Below, piece after piece: positions 1 to 12,482 of a stretch of 60,890 nt of DNA. Numbering within the stretch: the first letter of the stretch is position 1; every line of letters begins with the position of its first letter. Below the pieces are notes generated by a model, which was given only the letters and a program-made list of their open reading frames with translations, was not told the DNA's origin and made no database searches. This stretch comes from Welwitschia mirabilis (Eukaryota). Both the position numbers and the translations under genes were made by a program. Location: assembly GCA_051453625.1 (NCBI GenBank), contig JBOZIK010000001.1, positions 47,220,636-47,281,525 on the forward strand, in the 5' to 3' direction.

Positions 1-2597
1 GGAAGTGAGAAGATGTAGAGATGTGACCATTGCAAACAATGCTATCACGGAAGGCTTCTATATAAGAAGAGAAGCCTGTAGATATTTTAATCTAGGGGCA
101 TCTAATCAATTTTTATCACCATTCTACTTGTCCGTGATAGAAGTCACATTTTCATCAAAGGCATAAAACATAGCTTTATTTCTAGGGATACACCGACATA
201 TATTGAGCCATTTAGACTAACAAAATATGTCAATATTCACATTACAATGTCAATTTGACATGTCTTTTTCTTGTCTAAAACAATGGTAATGATGAATTCG
301 CGTTCCTTTCTGACAGTGTTCCCAATTGCAATCAGATTGATTATTTTCTCTTAAGAAAATAAATAAATGAATATATATTTATATACAGATGGGTTTGAAC
401 ATAAAATCAATAGTTTTATCAACAATTTGTAATTTTTCCTTATATCTACATGATATAGAACATATAAAAGGTAAGAAAATTGTTTTTGCATATATGCATA
501 AAATGAGACATGCAACAAATGTGATGAATCATTGTTACCTGAATTTCAATACTTTAATAGAAAAAGAAAACTGATTTGGTGATAGTTTTACATCTTAAGA
601 TGAATAAAAAGATCAAAATACAGAATGCATGAATAAAAATATCAAAATACAGAATGGCATCTTGGCATCTTTCACACATGGAATAGATCCTGTTGTACTT
701 TGGAACTCCTTAAAGAATAGGTGCAACAAGACATTTGGTTTGGATAAGTTTCATCTGTACTAGAGAGTCTTCAACGCAAATATGAAGAAAGGAATTTCTC
801 TTCAGGATCTTCTAGATGATATGATGGTTGTGTTTGTGAAGTCCAAGGAGTATCAAATTCCAGTATATGACATGATCAAGTGTTATGCAATTCTGAACTG
901 TCTTCTGGAAGCATGAATTGCAATTATGAAAGCTATTACCACATAAATGAGTAGCACCACTTGAATCATGAATTGCAATTATGAACGCTATTACCACATA
1001 AATGAGTAGCACCATGGTCTCCTTTAAAAATGTGATTGCTGCCCTTTAGCATGTAAAAGGGTGACTATAAAAGAGATGGAGCTTTGCAAATGTTTTTTTT
1101 CCAACAAAGGATCGAGGCAAACCAAAGAGATGGTGAGATGTGATCAAAGTCAAGGGAGAAGCAGAAGCAGAAGCAGAAGACTCTGATGACAGAAATGCAG
1201 AGTGCCCATTCCATGAGGAGGAACATGCAAGGGAAGGATGCTTGAATTTCATTCCAATAGACCCATGTGCACTGAAGTCAAAGGAACAAGGAGGTGCTGT
1301 GTGGCTTGTTGACATAAGTGCATCCTTTTTGTCCTAACAGTCAGATTTCTGCTTAACACAGCCAGTTAACTCTAGCGTTGTTTATGCTGCCAATGAGAAA
1401 TCTCTATTTTGGGGCTTAGAAGCATTGGGCTTAACATGTACTGTTGAAGCAGCTCCTTCCAAAGTAAATCAAGCAAAAGGGTGAGGATGCTTGACTTTCA
1501 TTATAACTGAAGTATGTGTGCTGCAGTTAAATGATCAAAGAGATCATGTGTGGCTTATTGACACAAGTGCATCATTTGTGCCCTAACAGATCAGATATCT
1601 GCTCACTTCAAGCTTTTATCTGCTCACTCCAAGCTGTTACCTCTACCATTCTGTATGCTTTAGAAGCATTGTGCTACAACATGTACTGTTAAGGATGATG
1701 GTGAACGCCGTCAAACATGTTCTTGAGGAGACCAAAAGATTGATTTGTCATGCAACTTGATACCTTGGAGCTAGACATCTCTAGTGGAGATGAAGACAAG
1801 CAAAGGATTCCTCACCTTTCTGTATGGAAAGAAGGCAGGTAGCATGTACACTTCATAACCTCTTGCATGCACTAAGAAGGAAAATGTAGCGGCTACTATA
1901 ATAAAAGAGGAAGAGGTAGATCTGTGGCATGAGTGTTTGAGACATAGTGGCCACTCCTGTTTGAAAGTACGTGAATGAACTTTTGTATGGATTCCATTGT
2001 TGGCAAACCTAGTAGAATGAACTTTTGTAGGGATAGAGTATTTGCAGTTTTTAAAGTGTTAGTTGATAAGGTCAAAACGCAAATGGGTATAAGATTAAAT
2101 CATTTTGCTTGCTGATAGTGGAGTGGAGTATACCTCCAAACTGTTTGCTGATTTTTGTAGAGAAAACAAAATTCGTTACAGACACTCCTCCTGGTTCCCC
2201 TCAAGAAAATAGTGTGGTGGTTGCAGGTGCATCTTTAACTAAAATATTTTGGGCTCAAGTTACAATGACTACTGTGTAGAGAGCAACCAGAAGTTACAAT
2301 ACAGAGGAAGATGATGCATATTTGTTGGTGATGGTGAGTACAACCTTGGTTTTAGATTGCTGAATCCTAAAGCTAAGCTATCTCTTAGATCACTTGATGT
2401 GAAATTTAGAGAAACCCTAATGTTCTTTGGCTGAGATGATAAGATCAGGATGTCTCTTATCTTGGGCTTTTGCTATAGTGTAACAGATCTTTCAAACTGA
2501 TGGAGAAAACAAAGTATAGAAAGAATGAGTGGCAAATCAAAATCTGACCATTTAAAGTGAACGATGAAAATGGAGACAAATCTGATATTTCACATAG

Positions 2598-2916
2598 TGT
2601 TGTGTATGCACTCCCCATGCCCAGCCTAACAAGGGGGTGAAATATGGTGGGGTCTAGTTTCCATCTAAGTCATGGCTTTTGGTGATGGTAAAGGGCCCAA
2701 CAATTGGTATCAGAGCCATGGTTATTGGCTGGTCTCGGGTTCAAGTCTCCCCGGTGGCTTCCTGGTTCATATGAGCACTTGGCATGTGGATCGAAGGGGA
2801 GATTGTTGTGTATGCGCTCCCCATGCCCAACCCGACAAGTGGGTGAAATATGATGGGATCCAGTTTCCACCTAAGTCATGTCCTTTGGTGTGATGGTAAA
2901 AGGCAAGGGCCCAACA
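2598..2916 (+). mobile_element. TRIM (terminal-repeat retrotransposon in miniature), 319 bp, structurally intact
   Basis: LTR1 2598-2702 and LTR2 2804-2916 both TGTTGTGTATGC...GGGCCCAACA. PBS TGGTATCAGAGCCA (iMet type) at 2705-2718. PPT GAAGGGGAGAT at 2793-2803. Perfect 5-bp TSD CATAG at 2593-2597 and 2917-2921. Confidence 0.95.
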
Positions 2917-3717
2917 CATAGCACTAGCACAGACGAACAAGGACAACTAGTAAATACCTTTTCTCACCATGTAAGATCTCCACTGGGGTCACCTGTCCTC
3001 CTGATAGATATTCTCAAGCTTTGTATTATGTTTTATACATGGATTGTGAAGGACTTGAAACAGTTGAAGAGGTCCTTTCCTTGTTACTGCAACCCAATGC
3101 AAAGAAGCCATGGAGGAAGAATGGATTTTCTTGGGTCAGAATAAGAGGTGGAACTTGAATAACTCCTGAAGGGGCTCGAGGCACTACCAAACACATGGCT
3201 ATTCAAGTTAAAGAATGAGGAAACAGGAAGAAACATTACAAGGCTAGACTGGTGGCAAAAAGCTTTTCAGGAAAGCCAAACATTGATGTTTCCAGAGTAT
3301 TTTCTCCTTCGTGAAACATTGTTCTACAATCTTGTTTTGTCTCTAGTTGCAGGTCTGGATTTGTGGTTAGAATAACTGGATGTCAAAAATGCATTTTTGA
3401 TTCTTTAATGGTGACTTACATGATGACATTTACATGTATCAGCATAAAAGGTGCATGAGCTAGCAACAATCTCATTTTCTTAATTCTCTAAAAGAAAAGA
3501 CTGTATGGCTTAATACAGCCGCCTAAATAGTGGTGTAGAAGTTTGATGCCATTATTGGTGCACTGTAAGTGATTTTGATCATTTTGTGTAGTTCTTTGGA
3601 AGTGTCATAGGTATATTTGTAACTTCACTGGTGTATGTGAATTGCATGCCGATTGCAGTAAATTAAAAGATTGAAATAAGAGGGATCAAAACTAAAATGA
3701 GCAAACATTTTGCAATG

Positions 3718-4643
3718 TTATGGAATGATTGTGTATGTCCTTAAGAATGTGTTTCACATCATTTAACACCCCTGACTATCACAACTAGTGAAGACTAGAG
3801 GTTAGAGGGGACAAGAATACTTGGGAGAAAATAAATGCAAGTTGCTGTTACAGAAGTTAAATCACTAACTGAAGAAAACAACAATGCATCTAACTATCCA
3901 ACACAAGTCACTAAAGAACTTACTTGGCTGTTACCTAATTAATATCAAACTGTGAATTATGTATACATAAGAATTGTGAAATGTTAATCTACAATGTACT
4001 ATGATGCACAATTTCAGAAATAGGAAATAAAATATTATTAAGTCAATGTATTGAATAAGTACATTACTTACATTGAAGGCTTGGACACAAGGTTTGGACC
4101 CCAACTAACCAGATGAGGGAAGGGACTTGGCTCCAAGTCTCTCCTAGTGGTCTTCTCAACACTTGCTACTTTCATCACGTCGTACATGTCATTGGGAAGA
4201 TCACTTTGCAAGGATAAGCCTCTTACTTAAATAGCTTTTGGTTCCGTGGGAGTTAGAGCAGAACTTATACAAGTGGCTACATAACTACCCTATGGCTACT
4301 TGCATTGGTTGGTGACTACAAGAAGCAACAAGTTCGGGAAAATTTAGGGTTGCTCCTTCGTCACTAGGTAGTGGTAAGTAGCAACGATTACAAAAGAAGG
4401 CATCATTGGGTGTCACTAGGCAATTGGATGTGGCGACGAGTGTAGTCTTTGACAGATGAAGGCATCACTAGGCAACAATAAGTAGTGACGGTTTTGACTC
4501 AAACAATTTCACTTTGTTTTCGTCACATTGTTGCATCTCTTGCATGCTTCTTTTAACATTCTTCATGCGAACCTGTAATCTTATAGACACACTCAAGATT
4601 ACCACTATTAGTGTCTTTCATGGCCTTCATTTTGCATCTATCA
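3718..4643 (-). mobile_element. Solo LTR inserted in the copia RT; same family as 15261-16061
   Basis: TSD CAATG at 3713-3717 and 4644-4648. Termini TTATGGAA...CATCTATCA. Blocks match the reverse complement of 15261-16061 (tttcacatc, aaacaacaatgca, taatctacaatg, ctttgcaaggataagcc). The copia frame resumes after it. Confidence 0.85.
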
Positions 4644-5289
4644 CAATGGAACATCCATAGCAAGCTGAAGAGATTCTTGTCATGAAGATACATAAAGACA
4701 GAAATCAGTAGAAGTCAAGGTTAAGACAACTTGAATACATTGGCAAGGTGATGAAATGTTTTGGCATGCATGATGCCAAGCTTATAAAGACTCCTCTGGC
4801 TTCTTACTCTCAGCTATCACAGAAAGACAATCTAAATTCAAAAAAGGCAGCTTACAAAGTTGGAATGTCTTTTATATATCTATTCTTTGATCAACATTTA
4901 TTTTAATGTTGACTTTATGGTGTAGTTAGTCTTTGTTATGTGAACATCAGCTTTGGTAATCGAATAGTGACTTGGTGTCATGTCAATGTTATGTCAGGGC
5001 TTTTAATCGTAATGAAAATAATTGTAAAAATGCATTGGGGTAGAGGAAGGCATTAAGGTGAATGGAAGTGAAGGTTTCAGGAGCTGGCTTTGGGTTTCTT
5101 ATGTTGCAGCTATTGTTTTGTTTGCAATATGTTGCTAAAAGTATCAGATAGAACTTGTGTACTTAAATTTCTTAGAAGATTTTAAGAGAGCTTTGTTCTG
5201 TTCCCACAGACGCAAGGTAGAAAGGACACCAACCTTGTTAAATCCTTGTGTTCCTTTTTTCTTTTCTTTTCTTTTCTTGTCGTCTATAT

Positions 5290-5720
5290 AGCTTCTGTAG
5301 CACAATTTTGTAACAGTGCAACAGAAAGTTCCGTCTTATTGGTAAGGAATCTTAGTTATTGGAGGAGGGCATTTTACACTCCTTTGAGGAACTACGAGAA
5401 TATGGATTACGAGTGTATAGAAAGTCCATACAAAGAAGAATTTTGCATATTTTATGAAAACTACGATAATATCTGAGAACCAAAACTTCAAAAGGAACAA
5501 CTTGGGAGAGTTGTTACATAAGCAATGGAGCATGGCATATGAATAGTGCATCTCTCAGTTCCATGGAAGGTGGCTAGATTTGTCATCAATAAGAAGAATT
5601 GTTGGTATGAGGTTATGATCTTCCTTCTTAACCTTGTGTTCTTTTATGTTTTAATGTTTACTATATGTATAAAAAAGGGTATCCTTTCTTAATCTAATAA
5701 AGATACTTTGTACAATATTA
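5290..5720 (+). mobile_element. Probable 3' fragment of a LINE ORF2 and tail
   Basis: One frame reads LLEEGILHSFEELREYGL, reminiscent of L1/Tx1 ORF2 C-termini, with stops. It is followed by a T-rich tail and AATAAA near 5696. Confidence 0.35.
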
Positions 5721-6149
5721 AAAAGGGGTTATAAAATAATCAACGTAACTTTAGGTTTGAACCCTAGGTAAAAGAGAGGTTTGTATTAAGGGATGTGTAT
5801 GCATTTGTGAAGTGCCTTGTACACCCTACTGCTACTCGTTTAAGTATAGCTTATGTTTCTGTTTTCACTGTTAATCAAAAGGCTGCAAACTTTATGTGCT
5901 GTGGCTTACTGTTACTTCTGTTTTGCTGTTTTATTCTTGCTTTTGCTGTGCTTTTATAAGAAAAAATTTCCCCTGCATTGAAAATTGCAAGTTATGAATC
6001 AGACTACCTTGCTTAAAACATATCAATCTACAAGATTTCGAAGTATTAAAAAATCTGCTCTTGAGCAAGCTGGAAAGGCAGATTATGTTGTTTCCATGTG
6101 GAAGGTGAACCTGTGTTTGTGCATGCACCTGTGTACATTTGCATATGTG

Positions 6150-6599
6150 TCTTATGAAAATAGGAAAAGAAAGTCAAGAAAAGAAGGGGAAAAAGAAAAG
6201 GGGTAGAAATCAAAAATGGAACATCAATTAGGGACATGAATTTATGAGGAAAAACCTCCAATGCGGAGGGAAAAGCCTTGGGAAGCAAGCAGGTCTATTA
6301 TTCTGCAGAAATGCCCAGAGCCACTTCAGAATGAAGCCATTCACTCTCAATCACATCATACAAACAGATCCCCATAACAGGGGTTTAGATAGATTGCCTT
6401 TGCCAAAAGCCCCTTATGTCCCATTAGGATTACAACCCCTATTCTTCTTATATACATAGATGTTTAAACAACATCACATGATGTTAAAAGGAAAGTCCCC
6501 TCAACATGAGTCTACAATACCACTTACATTATGGGATACAACCTAACATGGGAATAAAACATAGGCTAAAATATGACAAGTTGGTCTTTAAATTCAATA
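6150..6599 (-). mobile_element. Possible solo LTR inserted into a (TG/CA)-like simple repeat
   Basis: LTR-like composition with a reverse TATA (ctatgtatataagaag, ~6445-6460). Flanked on both sides by tgtgca/tgtgtg repeats (6110-6150, 6601-6645). No clean TSD. Confidence 0.35.
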
Positions 6600-6689
6600 A
6601 TGCATGTGTGCTTGTGTGTGCATGTGCGTGTGCATGTGCGTATGCGGAAATTAACTCTAGGTTTAAGTAGACACAAGGATACCAAGTGA

Positions 6690-7100
6690 CTTTAAGAATA
6701 AATGTGAAAATAACTTAGTGATAGATGGCTTGCTGATGTGAATCTTGGAGATGTCCTGAAGAGTGTCCTGTCTCTCATGGAGTGATGAAATTGTTGTGAG
6801 TAGTATCGATTTTGATCGATTTGATGTTCTTCCAAGGGAAATGCACAAGATAGAATAGCATTCTAGATCCTGTGATACAAAACATGCCACATTAAAATGG
6901 ATATTTTATGAAAGTGAGCTAGTAGGACACCTTCAATTAAGTCTCTGAATGTTGGGGAAATCATATTCCATATTACGATAGTTGATTTGAGATCATGCAG
7001 AATACCTGTTTGAGAACATTAACCAGTAAACAATATGAATGAAGGTGCTACGGTTATCCATAGATTGTTTGCTTTGGCACAGGTTGTGCTTTTGCAATTG
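6690..7100 (+). mobile_element. Possible highly decayed Ty3/gypsy RNaseH-integrase fragment
   Basis: Weak motifs in gypsy order: KCENNLVIDGLL (~GKENVVADALSR), GHLQL (~GLLQPL), VIHRL (~VVDRL). Confidence 0.3.
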
Positions 7101-7279
7101 CCTCTTATTAATAATGAACACTAGAAGACTTTCCAGGCCTTTAGTTGTATTGGTATCTAAGTTTAATTGAGTATTGTTTCATTTATACTTGACATTTAAC
7201 TTCGAATGTTTATTCATTGAAAGTTTTCTGCTTTTTGTATCTGCTGTTACTACGGGGGCTGATTCTTGTATTTTATCAG

Positions 7280-7492
7280 GCTGCAGTTGTAAATCCTGCT
7301 ATGGAAGCTGCTGTAAAAATTCTGAAAAGGTTTGCTGCTGATGTCTTTCATGGAAAGGTTCAAAAAGATATGTTGAGGCATGGGTCACCTTGGAGGCATC
7401 CACCAGATCCATCTGATGAATACACGTGTCATCAGTGGGCTAAACTGCAGCTGATGGATTATATTCAGGCATTGATTAATTGTGAATACGGG
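7280..7492 (+). CDS. Internal coding exon of a conserved uncharacterised plant protein (AAVVNPAMEAAVKILKRFAADVFHGKVQKDMLRHGSPWRHPPDPSDEYTCHQWAKLQLMDYIQALINCEYG)
   Basis: Acceptor ttttatcAG, donor GTgag, 213 nt in phase 0, no stops. Joins in frame to 12483 giving EYG|VNYL. From memory it resembles the C-terminal half of an uncharacterised plant protein family with an N-terminal P-loop motif; unverified. Confidence 0.9.
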
Positions 7493-7957
7493 GTGAGATT
7501 ATCATTCTGATGTTTTTTAGCTTCTTGCTAAAAGTTGTGTTTCCTTTTTAAAGTTGGATGATCTTTTTTTCCATAGTCAAAAAAACTGTTATTGATATTG
7601 CTTAATTTTTCCAGACCTTAATTCGAAGAAACATGTAATGAAATTTTAGCACTTTGTTAGTGATATCTCTCAATTTTGCAGTGAATTCTATTATCATGTT
7701 TACTGGAAGATATCTTAGATGTGTCATATAAAGTAACTTACCTGAAGTGCATGTCTTCTTATAGGGAACTAAAACAATAGAATGAGCAATGCCAACACAG
7801 AATCTCTTGACTATATAGCTCACAGATATGTTAACTGTTAAGATTTCAGATTTGTCTACAAAGATGGTAATATCAGATCCACTTACAAATGCTATATATC
7901 AATGTGTGGTGTAACAAACTTTTAAATATATCAGATGATAAATCTAGCACTTCTTCA

Positions 7958-8343
7958 TGTTTCAGTAAAAATGATAACTCTTAGAGCGAAACTAAACAAA
8001 CCTAGCTTAGTGCCTGAGAATATTGTAAAATCATAAACAAATTCAAAACAAGACAAGCACAGAATTTAATGGCTCAGATTTCTTCTACTTCCCTCTCAGG
8101 GTGAATCAAAATTCACAGCCCTTCGTTCCCTCTTGTTCAATCAATCTTGCTTTGCAAAGGGAATCAACAAACCTGACATCCAAAGCTCTAGCAATGAGTC
8201 TTTTAATCTTTCCATGGCTTATGTTCAACTATACAAGAAGAACAGGGATGCTGAGGACGTGCCTTTAGTACAGATTCAGCCTTTAGATACAGGAAGATAC
8301 ATAACAACAGAGAGGCTTAGGTATATTGATGATTTAGTAAACA
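7958..8343. mobile_element. Possible short solo LTR remnant
   Basis: Inverted termini TGTTTCAGTAAA...TTTAGTAAACA and an LTR-like internal motif (gcacagaatttaatggctcag). No TSD found. Confidence 0.3.
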
Positions 8344-10500
8344 TAGAAAGGAAAATATGTCACAAATTTTATTGGCTGCTACTTAACATGTATTTTAGGG
8401 ATAGAGTATGAAGAAAAAGTAGTAGTTCAATGATGAACGCCAAGAAGCAAGGATGGCTCTAAAGTGCCAAACAAAGTCAATAAAAAATAAAAAATAAAAA
8501 ATTAAATCCTACAAGAATCTGATTCGCAATAAAAGGAGACCAAAAAAGACACTCAAAATTATTACATCTGCTTAAAAAAGAACCAAGGAATTTTTGGAAG
8601 TGCTTTGAAAACAGACAAATTATAGAATATTATTTTTCTTTTAAAGATATCCAGAATTTGTATCAAGAGTCTTTGGAACTTAGATAGGACATTGTCCCTT
8701 TCATTTGAGGAAGCTTCTAAAAGAATCCAGAGACTAGCTTCCAGAAGGTAGCAGATGTAGAAGGTTTATAGTGAGGAATGTTAAAGGGGGATCGATTTCT
8801 TGTTTGGGAAGCGATTTGTAAAAAACTCAAAACATGTGTTAGTTTAAATTGGACAAAGAATGGTGTACTAGCAAAGCTGTTATCTTGTTTAAAAAGGGAA
8901 ATAAATGAGATTTAAATATTTACAAATTGATGGTAATTAGAAATATTTTTTGCAAAACTTCTAGGAATTATCATTGAAGCAAGGTTTGGTAGATGGGCAA
9001 AGAAAAATTAAACTCAAGGCAATTTTGTAAGCAAGCTTTCAGTAATATCATTCTATAGTAGATTATTTGATGACCTTAAAGCATCTTATTGATGAAGGCA
9101 AAGGTTTGGATAAAAAGACATCTATTTATTTTGTGGATTTCTCTAAAGCATGATTCAGTCATTAGAAATAAACTGTAGCAATGATTACAGAATATTGGAA
9201 CTCTAATAGTTTTATTGTTTTCAATTCAGAAGCTACATAAAGAGGTATGTATGTAGCTCAAAAATAATGTTTCTTAAGCAAAGTTGTCCTTTCTCTCCTA
9301 CACATTTTTGAAATTTTTATTGATGAATTGGAGGCTTAGATAAATGAAATCTTCATTAATCATTCTATACAAGTAGGAAACTATTCTATGATCCTCTTGC
9401 TTTTTGTGAATGAGTTGCATTAATGGCTGAAACAAAAGAAGGTTTACAACACACGCAACGTATTTTAGAAAAAAATTGCAATCAGTCTACAATGAAGATA
9501 ATGTTAAAAAAATCAAAGTTATGGTTCGTGGCGCATATCATATTTGATTTTTCTTTCCAAATAGGAAATGAACAAGTTGAAATTGTTCGCTTCTGTAAAT
9601 ATCTAGGATTGAAAGATGATTAATCATAAATGGGATAAGTGCATCACTCAAAGGGTCATTAGAGGTATGAGAGCCTTGTTTGCCTTGAAAAATAAATGTT
9701 TAGAAAAAGCAATTTTCTGATGTGATGCGCATAAACAACTTTTTAGCAATGCTATTCAAGCAATAGTTCTATGCAATTGTGTCGTTTGGGGTTGAGGCCT
9801 AGTAGATAACCATTGGAACAAAATAGAGGAAATTCAAAAATAGTTCTTAGTGGAAGAATTTAGAGTAAAGCAACAAATGTAATATGATATTATGCTTTTG
9901 AATCTGGATTAATGCTTTTGGATGTAGAAGCTATTTGTTAGTCTGTCGCTTACGTTTACAATCTTTTAAATTCCATTACTAATAAATTTTCTGAAAGGGG
10001 GTCCACATGACTTGAGAAAAAGGTTAGTGTAATGAGGAAAATATTTGGCTTAAGAAATGGAACATTCAAGATCAAATTTTCCATTGTTATCCTAGACAAT
10101 TTCGAACAATTATAAAACAAAAAGCACTTCAAAGGATTTGAGACAACATAGATGGAAAGAAGCAATTTTATTTAAATAATATTAAAGGAGGGATTTTTAC
10201 AAAGGCAACTTATTTAAGTGCTACTATTTCTCTTCATCTGTGGTTTTAGATTAGTAGAGCAAGAAGGGATTTCATTATTTAAGTACTGAAACAGGTAGGC
10301 GGTTTCAAGTCCTTTGAAAAGAGTGAATGTGTTATCATGTCTTTCTTTTATGTCCATCAACAAATAACATGCAAAAGGAATGGAACATCACAGCTTATAA
10401 TTTGGTTAAATTGTTTCAAGTTTTACCTAAAACCATAGATAACTTTATAGGTAACATTTCTTTTGTCTAATGAATGCTTTGTGTCTTATGGGCATAATAA
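8344..10500 (+). mobile_element. Decayed non-LTR retrotransposon ORF2 (RTEX/L2/RTE-like rather than L1) in the host intron
   Basis: KKEPRNFWK (~8575), FAKLLGIIIEAR (~8949), FVDFSKA (~9131), LKQSCPFSP (~9273), LLFVNE (~9396, FADD position), CKYLG (~9594), C-terminal LSTETGR followed by Cys residues (~10280). Confidence 0.8.
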
Positions 10501-12482
10501 ACAATTTCAGTCTCAGTTTCATGATTCAACTAGCAGAGTCCTTCATTTGGTCTCTTGCTTAGTGTCAAAATGAATTCTTTAGTTTCTCCTATAGATGAGA
10601 CATTCTTCTCTAGCCTCACCATGGAAGAGTAGAATACCAACATCTCATTTGAGAGACTGAAATAATAACCATCATGATTGGGAGACTGTTCAATGTGAAG
10701 CCAAAATGTAATTTACTTTTACTTAAACCCTTTATTGTACCCTTACTTAATGGTGCACCCAACTTTGTAACAGATCAGCTTATAAAACCTCATTGAAGGG
10801 GTACTTATTTTTGTGTTACAACATGATCTCATCTCTTAACATTTAATCAAGGTTATTGTGGCTAAGCCCTTTTGGGTTTTGGTTGCATTTAATCCCTGGC
10901 TTTAGGGATTGTTGACATGCTTGTGTACTTGTGTTAGTTTCTTTGAAGCTTATCGGATTGATGCAACTATGACCATGTTACAAATGTTAGAAAGAATGAA
11001 TAAATTCTGTATAGGAGTCATCGGGATGGAAGTAGTCTACAATCGTCTCATTCCAAAGAAAGCAAAGATGGAATCAGTGTTGGGCCAAACACATGATCTT
11101 TTAATTAATTATGAAATAAAATATTTAACAAACATACATAGGTATGTCCACAATTTTTCATATCCCACGGTAGGTTTGGGTCTTGGGTTCTTAAAGTATG
11201 TGGAGTGCGGGAACTATCAACTGAAGTCATCATTATATATATGTATATCCTTTGCACTCTTGTAAAATTTTAAATTCTGCTGTTGTTTCATCTGAAGGAC
11301 AGTATCTATCCTTAATTTTGTTCGATCTGCTTCTACTGCATAATCACTTTCCATCAGGAATGACTGGAAGATTGAATGTAGGCGCTAGTGGACTTGGGCT
11401 GGACAAAGGTAAAGCCACATAAATTTGTGTGTTGTTTTCAGCTTGTTTTTTGTTCTTCACTTTTCAGAAGAGGTTGAAGTAATTAAGAATGTGACTTTTG
11501 ACAATCCAGAAAGGAGAACTTATTTGTTGAGAAAATTGTGTTGATTAATAACTTTCCTTTGCCAGTCATTTCAAATCAAGAGATTAATACTTAAATTAAA
11601 TTCATTGATAATTAGCGAGTACTCCTTATCAATTTCTAGCTTGCACATTCACTTTTGGTGCACTCAAGAAGGTAAGCAAACCATCGTTTTTCCACTTTTA
11701 GATGGACAACCAAATTATTTAGAATATAGCAATAACATAGCAGATAGTGGATAGCAACAGGATTGCGACCAATAAGATAGCTTTGCTAAGATGGTGATTA
11801 ATGTTTTTGATTGTGTGCTATAGGGGTATGATTGCATACTGCATGACTGCTGTTTCATTTTAATTTATGAATTACACATGGAATTGATGGTACCCCCAAT
11901 TGTTGCCCCATTACAACCTTGGGGTGATGCTAAAATCCCCACCTGCAATATTGTTGCTGTTGTTTTATATGTTACCTTTCCCTTCCTTCTCCAGCTTTTG
12001 CTGACTAACTTATGTTGTGAATGTTTTTATTTTCAAATAATTGTTATATTGCAATAAGTACCTATCATCCCAATAAGCACTCAAGGTATTGATGTGTTGG
12101 GTAACTCAAGGTGCATAAAAGTTTGCATTAAAGTCACCTATTATGTTTCCATACAATGGATTTCATGGCTATGCAAAGTCTCCTTACTAATGTAGAGCCA
12201 TGCTCTTTCTCACACATGCAATTTTTTTCAAGTGTTTTCAAATCCACTTAGCCATGAAATGCTTTTAGAGCAACTCTTTGGCAATTGGAGTGCTGCCTTT
12301 TGAATTTGTGTTATTGTCTAGTTGCCTGGAGCGTACTTGTTTCCATTTTTCCAGTGTAATTTTTCTGCTTCTAAAGAGGCTTCTTGCAATATGAATTTTA
12401 AATGGTCTAGTTTTTCCTTCTTTAAACTTTTATGACTTGGGAATTGTGAACAACTAAGCAGTGTTTCATATCACATTTTCAG

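Larger units (their letters stand above)
580..4860 (+). mobile_element. Decayed Ty1/copia retrotransposon internal region (gag-PR-IN-RT) in an intron of the host gene; LTRs not recognisable
   Basis: Broken-frame copia motifs in canonical order: WLVDISAS (~1302, protease), DLWHECLRH (~1920), DSGVEYTS (~2115), PGSPQENSVV (~2190), CIFVG..GFRLLNP (~2316), YKARLVAK (~3237), DVKNAF (~3379), LYGLIQPP (~3501). SKHFAM is followed, after an insertion, by MEH..AEEILVMKIHKDR..KTPLA (4646-4800). Many stops and frameshifts. Confidence 0.88.

Noticed and set aside
1-579. 5' LTR of the copia or a host exon
   Set aside because: No TG..CA/PBS, no matching second LTR, and no convincing spliceable open frame.
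5246-5606. Candidate upstream exon of the host gene (AG...GT present)
   Set aside because: All three frames contain stops across the segment, and one frame resembles a LINE ORF2 tail.
10909-11265. 118-aa ORF in the long intron
   Set aside because: No recognisable domain, non-ATG start, and not needed for the in-frame EYG|VNYL junction.
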